Assembly: GCA_951406725.2 (NCBI GenBank)
Contig: OX597841.1
Coordinates: 12,028,001-12,092,000 of the forward strand
Direction of reading: 5' to 3'
DNA: 64,000 nucleotides
From: Octopus vulgaris
Lineage: Eukaryota
In this document: positions 1 to 15,944 of the stretch, in pieces
How the letters are laid out: each line of letters opens with the position of its first letter
Numbering within the stretch: position 1 is the first letter of the stretch
Notes under the pieces: model-generated
Database searches by the model: none
What the model saw: the letters and a program-made list of their open reading frames with translations, nothing else
Told to the model about the DNA's origin: nothing
Translations under genes and position numbers: made by a program

Positions 1-119
1 CATATTCTTTGTAAGCCTAGTATTTATTCTAACTTGTTCTCTTTTGCCGAACCGCTAAAATACAGGGAGTAAAACACACCTGTATCGGTTAAAAACATCA
101 ACAACTACAGTCAATCGAA

Positions 120-346
120 GATAATGACCAAACTGTCTACTCTTATCCACCAGTTCCAACACGGTTTAACAAACAAGGAGACAAATTGCTTGACTAGATT
201 TGACTGCAAAGCCAGTAACATCTATGGACTTCCCAAAATCTACAAAAGTTGAGCCAAAAACAAAACCTGTAACAGGTTAACTTCTATAGTCATAAATGTT
301 CCACACCCGAGAGATCTCCGAATGAGGCCAATTATGGCCGATCAAG
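120..346 (+). pseudogene. Penelope-like element RT N-terminal fragment, amplified as part of a composite module
   Basis: Translates as IMTKLSTLIHQFQH...CKASNIYGLPKIYKS*...DLRMRPIMADQ, matching the PLE RT motif YGLPKxHK...RPI. Near-identical copies at about 48047-48272, 49384-49610 and 50583-50810, partial copies at 55239 and 43270. Confidence 0.65.
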
Positions 347-1141
347 GTATGTATATACGGGGTGCTTAACACTCGCAAATCTGAAGTCGCTAAAGGTGCA
401 ATAAATTGAACTTCTTTTCATTTAGAAATTAGGGATATACAAATGTGGGTATCTTAGAGATGCTTAAAGTGTTTGTTGTAGCTGTAATTGTCGCACACAC
501 ACAAACGAATAAAAACACACAGAGGCTCACACACACTTACACACAGAAATAAAATCATTCACACATACACAAACACTGAAATGAAAACAGTTACATACCT
601 ACACACGCACAAACACACACACACACACATATAGCAACGAAAAAGACACAGTTACACATCCAAACTCTCACACACTCACATACGCACAAACACACACAGA
701 AATGAAAACGCAGTAACTTATCGGTTCTGCAAAAGAGACCTATACATTAAGTAATAGGCTTACAAATAATAATTCCTGTGGTTGATTTGCTTCACTAAAG
801 GCGGTGCTCCACCATGGTCACAGTGAAATAACTGAAAGTGTATGTTACGAGAACTACATACTTAAGGGAGATAACTACACAGTATCTTCTAACAGTTACT
901 TCCCTTGAATATTATATTTTAACAATAATAAAATTATATTTTAGGAAATTAACTCTCGGAAGGGAGATAACTAGATAACATCTTCCAGAGTTACTTTCCG
1001 TAAATGTAATTTAATTACTTTCGTTAAATTATAATATGCGAGGGAAGTAACTCTCAATTATATTATTCAGATATGACACACTTTTACGATTTTTTGGAGT
1101 TTCACTGCTCTCTCTAGTGAGTCGGATGTCCCATTATGGCC

Positions 1142-1173
<32 letters not shown>

Positions 1174-1177
1174 CGCC

Positions 1178-1222
<45 letters not shown>

Positions 1223-1421
1223 TAAACAAACACTGAAAAAAACTACTCAGACACACACACTCACATACGCACAAACACAAACACACAAATGAAAATACAG
1301 ATACATATTCACACTCAAACATGCGGTCAAACAGAAATTAGAACAGTTACATACGTACACATGCACAAACACACAGACACACACAAATAGAAATGAAAAA
1401 TACAGTTACACACTCACTAAC

Positions 1422-1532
1422 CCTGAATTACATGCCCCTGAAGTACCTGCTCCTCAATTACCTGCCCCTAAATTACCGTCCCATGAATTACGTGCCCCTG
1501 AATTACCTGTCCCTGAATTAAAAGCCCCTGAA
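1422..1532. repeat. 15-bp tandem repeat (GAATTACNTGCCCCT-like, about 7 units)
   Basis: Directly visible periodic units preceding the 34-bp array. Confidence 0.85.
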
Positions 1533-2499
1533 TGTATGGACGCATGTGTGAACGAGGCTTGTGTGTATAAACGCATGATGTGTGAACGAAGCTTGTTTGT
1601 ATGGACGAATGATGTGTGAACGAGGCTTGTTTGTATGGACGAATGTGTGAACGAGGCTTGTTTTTATGGACGCATGATGTGTGAACGAGGCTTGTTTGTA
1701 TTGACGCATGATGTGTGAACGAGGCTTGTTTGTATAGACGCATGACGGGTGAACGAGGCTTGTTTGTATGGACGCATTACGGGTGAACGAGGATTGTTTG
1801 TATGGACGCATGACAGGTGAACAAGGATTGTTTGTATGGACGCATGACGGGTGAACGAGGCTTGTTTGTATAGACGCATGTGTGAACGAGGCTTGTTTGT
1901 ATAGACGCATGACGGGTGAACGAGGTTTGTTTGTATAGACGCATGACGGGTGAACGAGGCTTGTTTGTATAGACGCATGATGTGTGAACGAGGCTTGTTT
2001 GTATGGAAGCATGACGTGTAAACGAGGCTTGTTTGTATGGACGCATGACGTGTGAACGAGGCTTCTTTGAATGGACGCATGACGGGTGAACGAGGCTTGT
2101 TTGTATGGACGCATGACGGGTGAACGATGCTTCTTTGTATGGACGCATGACGGGTGAACGAGGCTTGTTTGTATGGACGCATGACGGGTGAACGAGGCTT
2201 GTTTGTATGGACGCATGTGTGAACGAGGCTTGTTTGTATGGACGCATGTGTGAACGAGGCTCGTTTGTATAGACGCATGACGTGTGAACGAGGCTTGTTT
2301 GTATGGACGCATGATGTGTGAACGAGGCGTGTATGTATGGACGCATGATGTGTGAACGAGGCTTGTTTGTATGGACGCATGATGGGTAACCGAGGCTTGT
2401 TTGTGTGGAAGCATGACGAGTGAACGAGGCTTGTTTGTATGGACGCATGTTGTGTCAACGAGGCTTGTGTCCATGGACGCATGATGTGTGAACGAGGCT
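1533..2499. repeat. 34-bp minisatellite (GACGCATGACGGGTGAACGAGGCTTGTTTGTATG, with 31-bp variants), about 29 units
   Basis: Uninterrupted tandem units with no spacers. This explains the three overlapping minus-strand ORFs. Confidence 0.95.
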
Positions 2500-2560
2500 A
2501 ACCCCAACCCCAATCCCGACCCTGAAACTAACCCTAACCCAAACCCAACCCCAATCGTAA
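2500..2560. repeat. Degenerate telomere-like (CCCTAA)n tract
   Basis: aaccccaaccccaatcccgaccctgaaactaaccctaacccaaacccaacccc, with 6-bp periodicity. Confidence 0.7.
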
Positions 2561-2656
2561 TGTAATTACATGTAAGGGAAGTAACTGTGGAAAATCTTGT
2601 ACCTATTTCCCTTTCTAGAGTCACTTCCCTAGAATATATAATTTAATACATAATAG

Positions 2657-2990
2657 GCGAAGCAGTGGTAAGTAGCTTGCTAACCAACCACATAGTTCCG
2701 GGTTCAGTCAAATTGCGTGGCGTCTTGGGCAAGTGTCTTCTGCTATGGCCCCGGGCCGACCAATGCCTTGTTAGTGGATTTGGTAGACGGAAACTGAAGG
2801 AAGCCTGTCGTATGTATATGTATATGTGTGTGTGTTTGTCCCCCTAGCATTGCTTGACAACCGATGCTGGTGTATTTAGGTCCCCGTCACTTAGCGGTTC
2901 GACAAAAAGAGACCGATAGAATAAGTACTAAAAGGTGGTGCTCCAGCATGGCCGCAGTCAAATGACTGAAACAAGTATAAGAGTAAAAGT
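2657..2990 (+). mobile_element. tRNA-derived SINE (Octopus-type)
   Basis: Head with degenerate A box and B-box-like GGTTCAGTC, internal (TA/TG) linker, tail ggtgctccagcatggccgcagtcaaatgactgaaac followed by an AAGAGT repeat. Confidence 0.85.
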
Positions 2991-3596
2991 AATTTAATTA
3001 GATATAAGGGAACTCGGGAAGATTTTAGAGTTATCTTCCTTCGTAGAGTTACTTACCTTCACGTTATAAGTTAATAATAATATAGAAGGGGAGTAACTCT
3101 AGAAAGGGAGATAACTAAAAAATCTTTCAGAGCCACCTCCCTTACATTTAATTAAATAACTATTACGTATTATTAAATTGTAAATTTCAATGGGGGTAAC
3201 TCTACAAAGGGGGATAACTTTAAAAATCTTCAAAAGTTACCTCCCTTACATTTAAATACATAACTATTATCAAAATGTATTATGGAAGCTAATTAACTCT
3301 ACAATATAATGTTCAGATGTACCGCATACACTTTTACTCTTTTCCTTGTTTAGTCATTTCACTGTGCCACTGCTAGAGCACAGCCTTTTCTAGAGCAAAT
3401 CGACACTAGGACTTTTATCTACGTCAGTCTAGTATTTATTCTGTTAGTCTTCTTTTCCGAACGGATAAGTTAATGGAGTGTAAAAAACACCGGCATTGGT
3501 TGTCAAGCGGTTTTGGGGACACCGAAACATACACACATATACATATATATAAATATCTATATGTATATACATGTTTCTCTATATATATATATATAT

Positions 3597-5352
3597 TGCA
3601 GAAACAATACTGCTGTCTTTAGTGTTCCCACTGATATTGACGTAAGAGAAGCGAACGAAGTTGACTCCAAACACAAAATTGCAGACATAACCTTCACTCC
3701 CACTGACATCGTAGCAGCAATAAATGAGGTCAAATACTACTCTGCTGTAGGCCCTGATAGGATTCCCCGTTAGTCTCCTGAAGGAATGTAAACACCAACT
3801 TGCAGTCCCACTGACCAACCTCTGGAGAAATTCGTTAGATGCAGGTTATATACCAAAACAGTTTCTATCCCAGTCAGTCATCCCGGTTTTCAAACAGGGA
3901 AACAGATCCCTCGCACTCAACTATCGCCCAATCTCACTCACCTCCCACATCATCAAAGTGTTTGAAAGAGTGTTAAGATCAAGGATGGCTGACTTCCTGG
4001 AGACCCACAAACTCCTAAATGCAAAACAGCATGGCTTTCGCTGTGGCAGGGACTGTCTAACACAGCTCTTACACCACATTGAAGTTCTACACTGGATCAA
4101 GTATTTCCTGGCGAATACAACACAACATGTTGTAGTTGATGGAGTCCACTCAAGCCCAGCAAAAGTCACCACCAGTGGTGACCCCCAGGGGACTGTCTTG
4201 GGTCCGCTACTCTTCATAATCTACATAAACGACCTTTCCAGTGTCGTACATTACTGCAAAGTGAAAATATTTGCTGATGACACCAAGCTCCAGTAAATCG
4301 TCAATGAAGAAGCAGACCGAACTCAACTCCAGTCTGATCTATATGCTGTGAGTCAATGGGCAAACAGAAACAAAATACAACTAAACGAGGGAAAATTTGA
4401 GCTGATGCATTTTGGAAGAAACTCCTCACTAAAACAGCCATACTCTCTTCCTTCAGGGGAACCGCTCACAGCCTCTAACAATATCAGAGAACTGGGTGTA
4501 ATTGTTGATGACCATCACAGTTGGAGTGCACACATCAACAAGAAGGTCGATATAGCTCGTAGGATGAGTTCCTGGATCTTAAGAACTTTCCGGTCCAGAG
4601 AACAAGGTGTCATCATACCACTTTTTTCCTCCTTTGTACGGCCACACCTTGAATACTGCTGCCCACTGTGGTCTCCTCAAACAAGACTAAACATCTCCAG
4701 AATTGAGTCACCCCAGAGGGCACTCACTAAACGAATTGAAGGCATGGCTGCTCTCGATTATTGGGATTGCCTTAAAGCCTTGAAACTTTACTCCCTCCAG
4801 CGTGAGCGGTACATCATTTGTACGATGTGGAAAATATACCGCCAACTATGCCCAAACGACCTAAACATTACCTTCAAGGTTCATCCAAGACTTGGACCAC
4901 GGGCTATACGTCCCCTGCCAAATTCAAGATCACAACATACATGTACACTGCAACATAATTTCTTTTCCTCAACAGGCCCTGCCCTATTTAACATTGTCCC
5001 GAGAGAGATCAAAGAGGAAAAGGATCCCATCAACTTTAAACAGAGTCTGGATAGATTCCTTCAAAGAATACCAGATAAGCCACCCATAATTGGATACAAG
5101 TCACCCAACAAGAACTCACTACTTGAACAAAACTGGATACAACTCACCCAACAAGAACTCACTACTTGAACAAAACTGGATACAACTCACCCAAGAACTC
5201 ACTACTTGAACAAAACTGGATACAACTCACCCAACAAGAACTCACTACTTGAACAAAACTTGACTTAAACAGGATTCGAATAATCCTATCAGGTGGTGCT
5301 ATTAAGTTAGACATGTCCTGGACCAATCTTTGGTCGAAACATATCTAAGTTT
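3597..5352 (+). mobile_element. CR1-group LINE family A, 5'-truncated and defective (copy 1)
   Basis: RT motifs [29 protein letters not shown] and C-terminal RPHLEYC. Frameshifts and stops; about 130-bp deletion of the YLDFSKAFD motif at 4083; 3' UTR ends in a TA tract. Confidence 0.92.
5091..5260 (+). repeat. 43-bp tandem repeat (about 4 units) at the end of the LINE ORF
   Basis: ggatacaactcacccaacaagaactcactacttgaacaaaact repeated; single copy in the paralogous LINE at about 38730-38785. Confidence 0.9.
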
Positions 5353-7149
5353 ATATATATCTGATATATCTTTATAAATATATATATATATATATATATA
5401 CCAATCTATCTTCTTCGAGCACATCGTCAGCAGCACTTATTCTTTCTAAGCCTAGTATTTATTCTAACTTATTCTTTTCTGCCGAGCCGCTGAAATACAG
5501 GGCGAAAAACACACCAGCATCGTTTGAAAAATCTACTATAGCCCCGAGCCGACCAAAGCCTTGTGATTGGATTTGGTGGAAGGAAACTGGAAAACTCCAG
5601 TCATATATATGTTTATGTGTGCGTGTGTGTCTTTGTTCCCAAACATTGCTACACAACGGATATTAGTCTGTTTACGTCCCCATAACTTAGAGGTTCAGCG
5701 AAAGAGACTGATAGAATAAGCACTAGGCCTACAATGAATAAGTCCTGGGGTCGGTATGCTCGACTAAAGGTCGTGCTCCAACATGGCCACAGTCAAATGA
5801 CTGAAACAAATGAGAGTAAAAGAGTAAATAACGAGAAAAGTCCATGTTCACTAGGGAGATAGCAGAAAATATCTCCTAGAGTTACTTCCCTAACGTCATA
5901 TAATACGTTTCATGTTGTAATATCTGTAATAAAGTAATAATGACACTCGAAGGGCACACGAGAATGCATTCACGTACTATCACACATGTAGATGCAAGTT
6001 TTCTTAATAAAACGGAAAGAACTCACATTCCATCCCTTAGCTTCTTTTTTGTTTTAGACACTACATATACGTGCGTGGGTATATACACGTATATCTGTAT
6101 GTGTATGTCTGGGTAAAACAGACTTTCGCGGTTGGGTCACAGCCGATGCGACAACCTTGGGTATGTGTGGACTGTGCTCACACACGAACAAATACCCACA
6201 CTTCCGCACTCATGCACATAGATACATGCAAAGCTATTTTATGTTTTCAATAAGTTGTGCCATTCGAGTGCGAACAAACGCACACACACACACGCACACA
6301 TTTAAACATATATACGATGGTATTTTATCAGTTTCCTTCCACTAAATCCAATCACAAGGATTAGGTCGGCCTTGGGGTACAGTAGTGTTTGTTGTAGCTG
6401 TAATTGTCGCACAAACAAACGAATAAAAACACAGTCGCTCGCACACACGTACACACAAAAATAAAAACATTCACACAAACACAGACACTTAAATGAAAAT
6501 AGCAACACACACACATATAAAAAGTCCCACGCACACAAACACTGAAAAAAAAATTCTCACAAAAACACTCACATACACACAAAGACAAACACACAAATAA
6601 AAATACAGATACATATTCACACACTCAAACACGCGGACAAACACAGAAATGAAAACAGTTACATACCTACACATGCACAAACACAGACACACACAAATAC
6701 AAATGGAAAATACGGTACACATCCAAACTCACACACACTAACATACGCACAAACACACACACAAACATAAGCACCCACACACAGAAATGAAAACGCAGTT
6801 ACACACTCACACATAAAACCCTAACCGTAACTAGCACAAACATACAATTTATTCAGAATGTAGAGGGGCATTGGGTGCTTTGCACTCGCAGTTAGAATAT
6901 CAACTCCCTCCACGCCTATATTAGAATTTCTGTCATCCACTTGTGAAATTAATACATTGACGACACATGGGAAAAATATGAGCAACATCTGAAGCCACTA
7001 AAGGTGCAATAAATTGAACTTATTTTGATTTAGTATTTAGTGATCTCAAAAGTGGATATCTTACAAATGGTCAAAGTGTTTGTTGTAGTTGTAAGTGTCG
7101 CACACACACAAACAAATAGAAACACTCAGTCGCTCACACACTCGCGCAC

Positions 7150-11250
<4,101 letters not shown>

Positions 11251-11894
11251 TAATGTGGTCCGGAACTTTCATGGCTGGTTCTTATGAGACAATGCAACCA
11301 GCTTGGGTATAGGTGGACTGTGCTCACACACGCACAAACTCTCACACGTCCACACCCACGAATATAGATACATGCAAAGACGCAATCTCGTACCTATTTA
11401 TGTTTTAAATATGTTGACCTTAAAACTGAGACATTCTGGAAACACACGTCCGCACCCAGGCACAAAGATACATCCATATACGCAAACTCGTAGCTATTTA
11501 TGTTTTAAACATGTTGACCTTTAAACCGTGACATTCTGTGTCTGTTTGTGCTCGCATTTCAGCGAGAATGATTGCTCACGAACCGCAATGTGCTGAGTTC
11601 AAACCAACAGCGTTGCACCTTTGGCAAGTGTATTCGACTATAGCCTAGGGCCGACCAATGTTTTCTGAGTGGAGTTTGTAGAGGGAAACTGAAATAGCCG
11701 TCGTATACATGAATATCGACGTATGAATGGCTATGTTGTAAGTAGTTTGCTTACGAACCACATGGTTTCGGGTTCATTCCGACTGCCTGTCATCTTCTGC
11801 AATTGTCTACTATTGTAGCCCAGGGCCTAGCTAATCCTTGTGATGGGATTTAGTGGAACAAAACTGACAGAATATCGTCGTACATATATTTAAA

Positions 11895-11932
<38 letters not shown>

Positions 11933-12096
11933 TTTGCACTCGAAGGGCACACGAGAATGCACGCACGCACGTACTATCACACATACAGATGCAAGTTTTC
12001 TTAATAAAACGGAAAGAACTCCCATTCCATCCCTTACAGTTTCTTTTTTGTTTTAGATACTACATATACGTGTGTTGGTATATTCACGTATATCTG

Positions 12097-12128
<32 letters not shown>

Positions 12129-12129
12129 A

Positions 12130-12169
<40 letters not shown>

Positions 12170-13040
12170 GACGCAATATACGACATATAAATACACAAAC
12201 ACATACATGTGTGTGTGTGTGTGTGCGTGTATATATATAAATGTGCAATAAATTAAACTTATTTTGATTTAGTATTTAGTGATCTCAAATGTGGGTATCT
12301 TACAAATGGTCAAAGTGTTTGTTGTAGTTGTAAGTGTCGCACACACACAAACAAATAGAAACACTCAGTCGCTCACACACTCGCGCATGCAGAAATAAAA
12401 ACAACTCTCACACACAAACACTGAAATTAAAATACCCACACTCACATAAATAAAAACAGTCCCACACACACAAGGAGCCCCAATAGGTATATCAAAAAAA
12501 TTTCTAGTATTTTTCCTAGCCCATAATTTATGATAATTGAAGTTCTTACAATAAATAAATACCTACTAAATCAGTATATCGAACATTACGTCCCCGTAAC
12601 TTTTCGGTTCTGCAAAAGAGACCTATGCATTAAGTAATAGGCATACAAAGAATAATTCCTGGGGTTGATTTGCTTCACTAAAGGCGGTGCTCCACTATGG
12701 TCACAGTGAAATAACTGAAATAGTCTAAGAGCGACAAAGTGTATATTACGATAACTACATACTTAAGGGAGATAACTACAAAGTATCTTCTACAGTTACT
12801 TCTCTTGAATATTATAATTTAACAATAAAAAAATATGAAGGGAAATTAACTCTCGGAAGGGAGATAACTAGATAACATCTTCCAGAGTTACTTTCCTTAC
12901 ATATAATTATATTACTTTTAATAAATTATAATGAGCAAGATAACTGCTCTCTCTAGTGAGTCGGATGTCCCATTATGGCCATCCCATATATGTTTAAATA
13001 TCTATATGTATATACATATATCTATCAATATATACCTATG

Positions 13041-13073
<33 letters not shown>

Positions 13074-13354
13074 GTATATGTATATATATATATACTTTAT
13101 TTTAAGCAGCAGAAAATTCAGTACTCTTTTTTCCACCTTGTTTCACATTTATGTGTTTACTCCGATATATATATATATATATATATACCTATCTATATAC
13201 CACGGGCTACTTTCTGTTTCGGTGTACAAAATCTACTCAGAAACGTTGGTCTGTCTGAGGCTATATTGGAAGACACTTGCCCATGGGGCCACGCAGTTGG
13301 ACTGAACCAGAAACACCGTGTTTGGAAAGCAAGCTACATAGCCACTCTTACTGC

Positions 13355-13406
<52 letters not shown>

Positions 13407-13956
13407 CGACAGTCTTTTTTTAGTTTCCGTCTCCCAAATCCACTCACAAGGCTTTGGTCGGCCCGAGACTATAGTAGAAGACATTTGCCCAACATGCCAC
13501 CCAGTGGGACTGAACTCGGAAACATTTGTTAGGTAAGCAAGCTAATTCCCATTCAGACACTACTGTTTGTTAACCGGACAAGTTCAAGTCGAACCCTAAT
13601 TGTTTGTATGCAAATGCGTTCATTAATGTGGTCCGGAACTTTCACGGCTGTTTCTTATGAGACGATGCAACCAGCTTGGGTATAGCTGGACTGTGCTCAC
13701 ACACGCACAAACACTCACACGTCCACACCCACGAATATAGATACATGCAAAGACGCAATCTCGTACCTATTTATGTTTTAAATATGTTGACTTTAAAACT
13801 GAGACATTCTGAAAACACGTCCGCACTCATGCACATAGATACATGCATATACACAAACTCGTAGCTATTTATGTTTTAAACATGTTGACCTTTAAACCAT
13901 GACATTCTGTGTCTGTTTGTGCACGCATTTCTGTGAGAATGATTGATCACGAACGG

Positions 13957-14051
13957 TAAATTTTGGAGTCAATCCGACGGGATGTAGTGGTCTTTAAACC
14001 GTTCCAGACAAACAAACAAACAAACTTTTCGCATTTCAGTTTTATAAATAG

Positions 14052-14052
<1 letters not shown>
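13957..14052 (-). mobile_element. Helitron-like 5' end fragment
   Basis: Minus strand reads A|TCTATTTATAAAACTGAAATG followed by (GTTT)n, the same layout as the 5' end of the Helitron at 41860. Confidence 0.5.
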
Positions 14053-14095
<43 letters not shown>

Positions 14096-14100
14096 TGCTA

Positions 14101-14269
14101 GGCGTAGGAGCGGCTTTGTGATAAGTAGCTTGCTTACGAACCACTGTGTTCTGGGTTCAGTCCCACTGCGTGGAACCTTGGACAAGTGTCTTCAACTATA
14201 GCCTCGGGGTGACCAAAGCCTTGTGAATAGATTTCGTAGACGGAAACTAAATGAAGCCCATCGTGTGTG

Positions 14270-14300
<31 letters not shown>

Positions 14301-14530
14301 ATACATACATACATATATATATATATACATACATACATATATATATACGTTTGTATGCCTCTTTATCCATCGAACAGTGCTTGACAAACGATGCTGCTGT
14401 TTTCACGCACCCGTAACTGAACGGTTCGGCAAAAGAGAATAGGTCCTGGGCTCTATTTCTTTGACTGAAGGCGGTGCTCCAACATGGCCGCAGTCAAATA
14501 ACTGAAAGTAGCAAAAGTGAGTGAAAGAGT
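14101..14530 (+). mobile_element. tRNA-derived SINE, near full length (copy at about 58163-58590)
   Basis: Starts ggcgtaggagcggctttgtg, B box ggttcagtcc, microsatellite linker, conserved tail. Confidence 0.85.
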
Positions 14531-14624
14531 AATTAGCGAAAACAGTGTATATTCTGTTGTGTCTGGGGATAGTCTTTCTCTTTTAGTGCCTTATTATTAA
14601 ATACACACTCACCAGTAAAAATTC

Positions 14625-15060
14625 AAGGAGTGATATTAGTAGAGGCCAGAGCCCATGGAGAACTAGCCCGTAGATTTAGAAAAGCTCTGAAAGAGACCAA
14701 ACTCAACATTAAAATTGTTGAAAAGCCAAGGAACTCCATCAGGTCACAATTATGAAGGACATGCCCGTTTAAGAATACCATATGCACAATTGATAACTTC
14801 ATGGCATGTAGAATTAGCCCTGGTATTAACTGTAGAACTCGAAATGTAGTTTACAATATAAGATGCATAGAAGGTGCTTGTAAGGACATGAACATGATGT
14901 ACATAGAAGAGACGTCTAAGAGCATTGCGGAACGGATAAATGAACATTTAAGACAACTTGACGACAGAAAACAGTCTTCTATACTCTACCAACATGCCAA
15001 AGACCACCATGGAGATAACTTGGATCAACCTGACATCCGCATCTTATCCAAGCACCCAGC
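14625..15060 (+). pseudogene. Penelope-like element GIY-YIG endonuclease fragment (copy at about 58685-59120)
   Basis: NCRTRNVVYNIRC...MYIEETSKSIAERINEH...LYQHAKDHH matches the PLE GIY-YIG pattern (VVY...YIGET...R..EH) with an upstream Cys cluster. Confidence 0.8.
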
Positions 15061-15944
15061 CCCCATCCCTGCTTTTCAATGCTAAACCCGATATAAAACA
15101 GTCATCAACACTATAAATAAACCTGTTCAATCTCTACTCTCCTCATCACCCCAAATCCCAACCTCTAGTTCAAACTTTGATCTCTTACTTGACTATTCTC
15201 TCTAAAAACCCTTCACAAATCCTCAAGCTGACCCTAATATAGACTAAACTCTGAAAACCAATCCTAACAGTAAACCCACACCAAAATAAGAAAGACCACT
15301 TACCTTTGGCCATTTGGGATCTATAATACAAGGCATGATATGCAAACAACAAGCAAAATATCAACCAACACTTGAAAGTCAAGTTTTATCTGTGTCGAAT
15401 CATGATATACACTTGTTTAATAAATACAGTTGTCCTTACATTTACACAGTACATTGCTTCCACAAGTCATCAAACTAATCATTCTGATGCGAAATCAATT
15501 GTTTTTATTTATAAATAGAAACAAATTAATTATTGAAATTAATATAAGAAATACAATTAACGTGTATGTGTGTCATCATCATTTAACATTCGTTTTTCAT
15601 GTTGTCATGGGTTGGACTATTTCACACTATCTGAGATGAATTACTACACGTACATCTAATGTCTGTTTTCACATGGTTTCTATGTCTGAGAAAAGTTTTG
15701 GTAACACTGACACTAGTAAAATTAAAAAGTAAATTTCAAGGATGAGTGGACTGCTAGTAGTGAGAGAGGTGGCTTCATCCTAACCTGTAGTATGATAGAG
15801 AGACAGGCAGAGGTGTGTCGCTGTAGAGAAAGTACATGGCTACCCTGCATATATGTATGTATATAGGTAGACATCGATTAGAGCGCTTTCTCATTGCTAA
15901 TATGTTAACATATGCCTGATGTGTGCTTTAAAAATAAAGTGCTT

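Noticed and set aside
1533-2499. CRISPR-like array or repetitive protein (368, 272 and 223-aa ORFs)
   Set aside because: Units are contiguous with no unique spacers. A 34-bp unit without minus-strand stops opens all three frames automatically.
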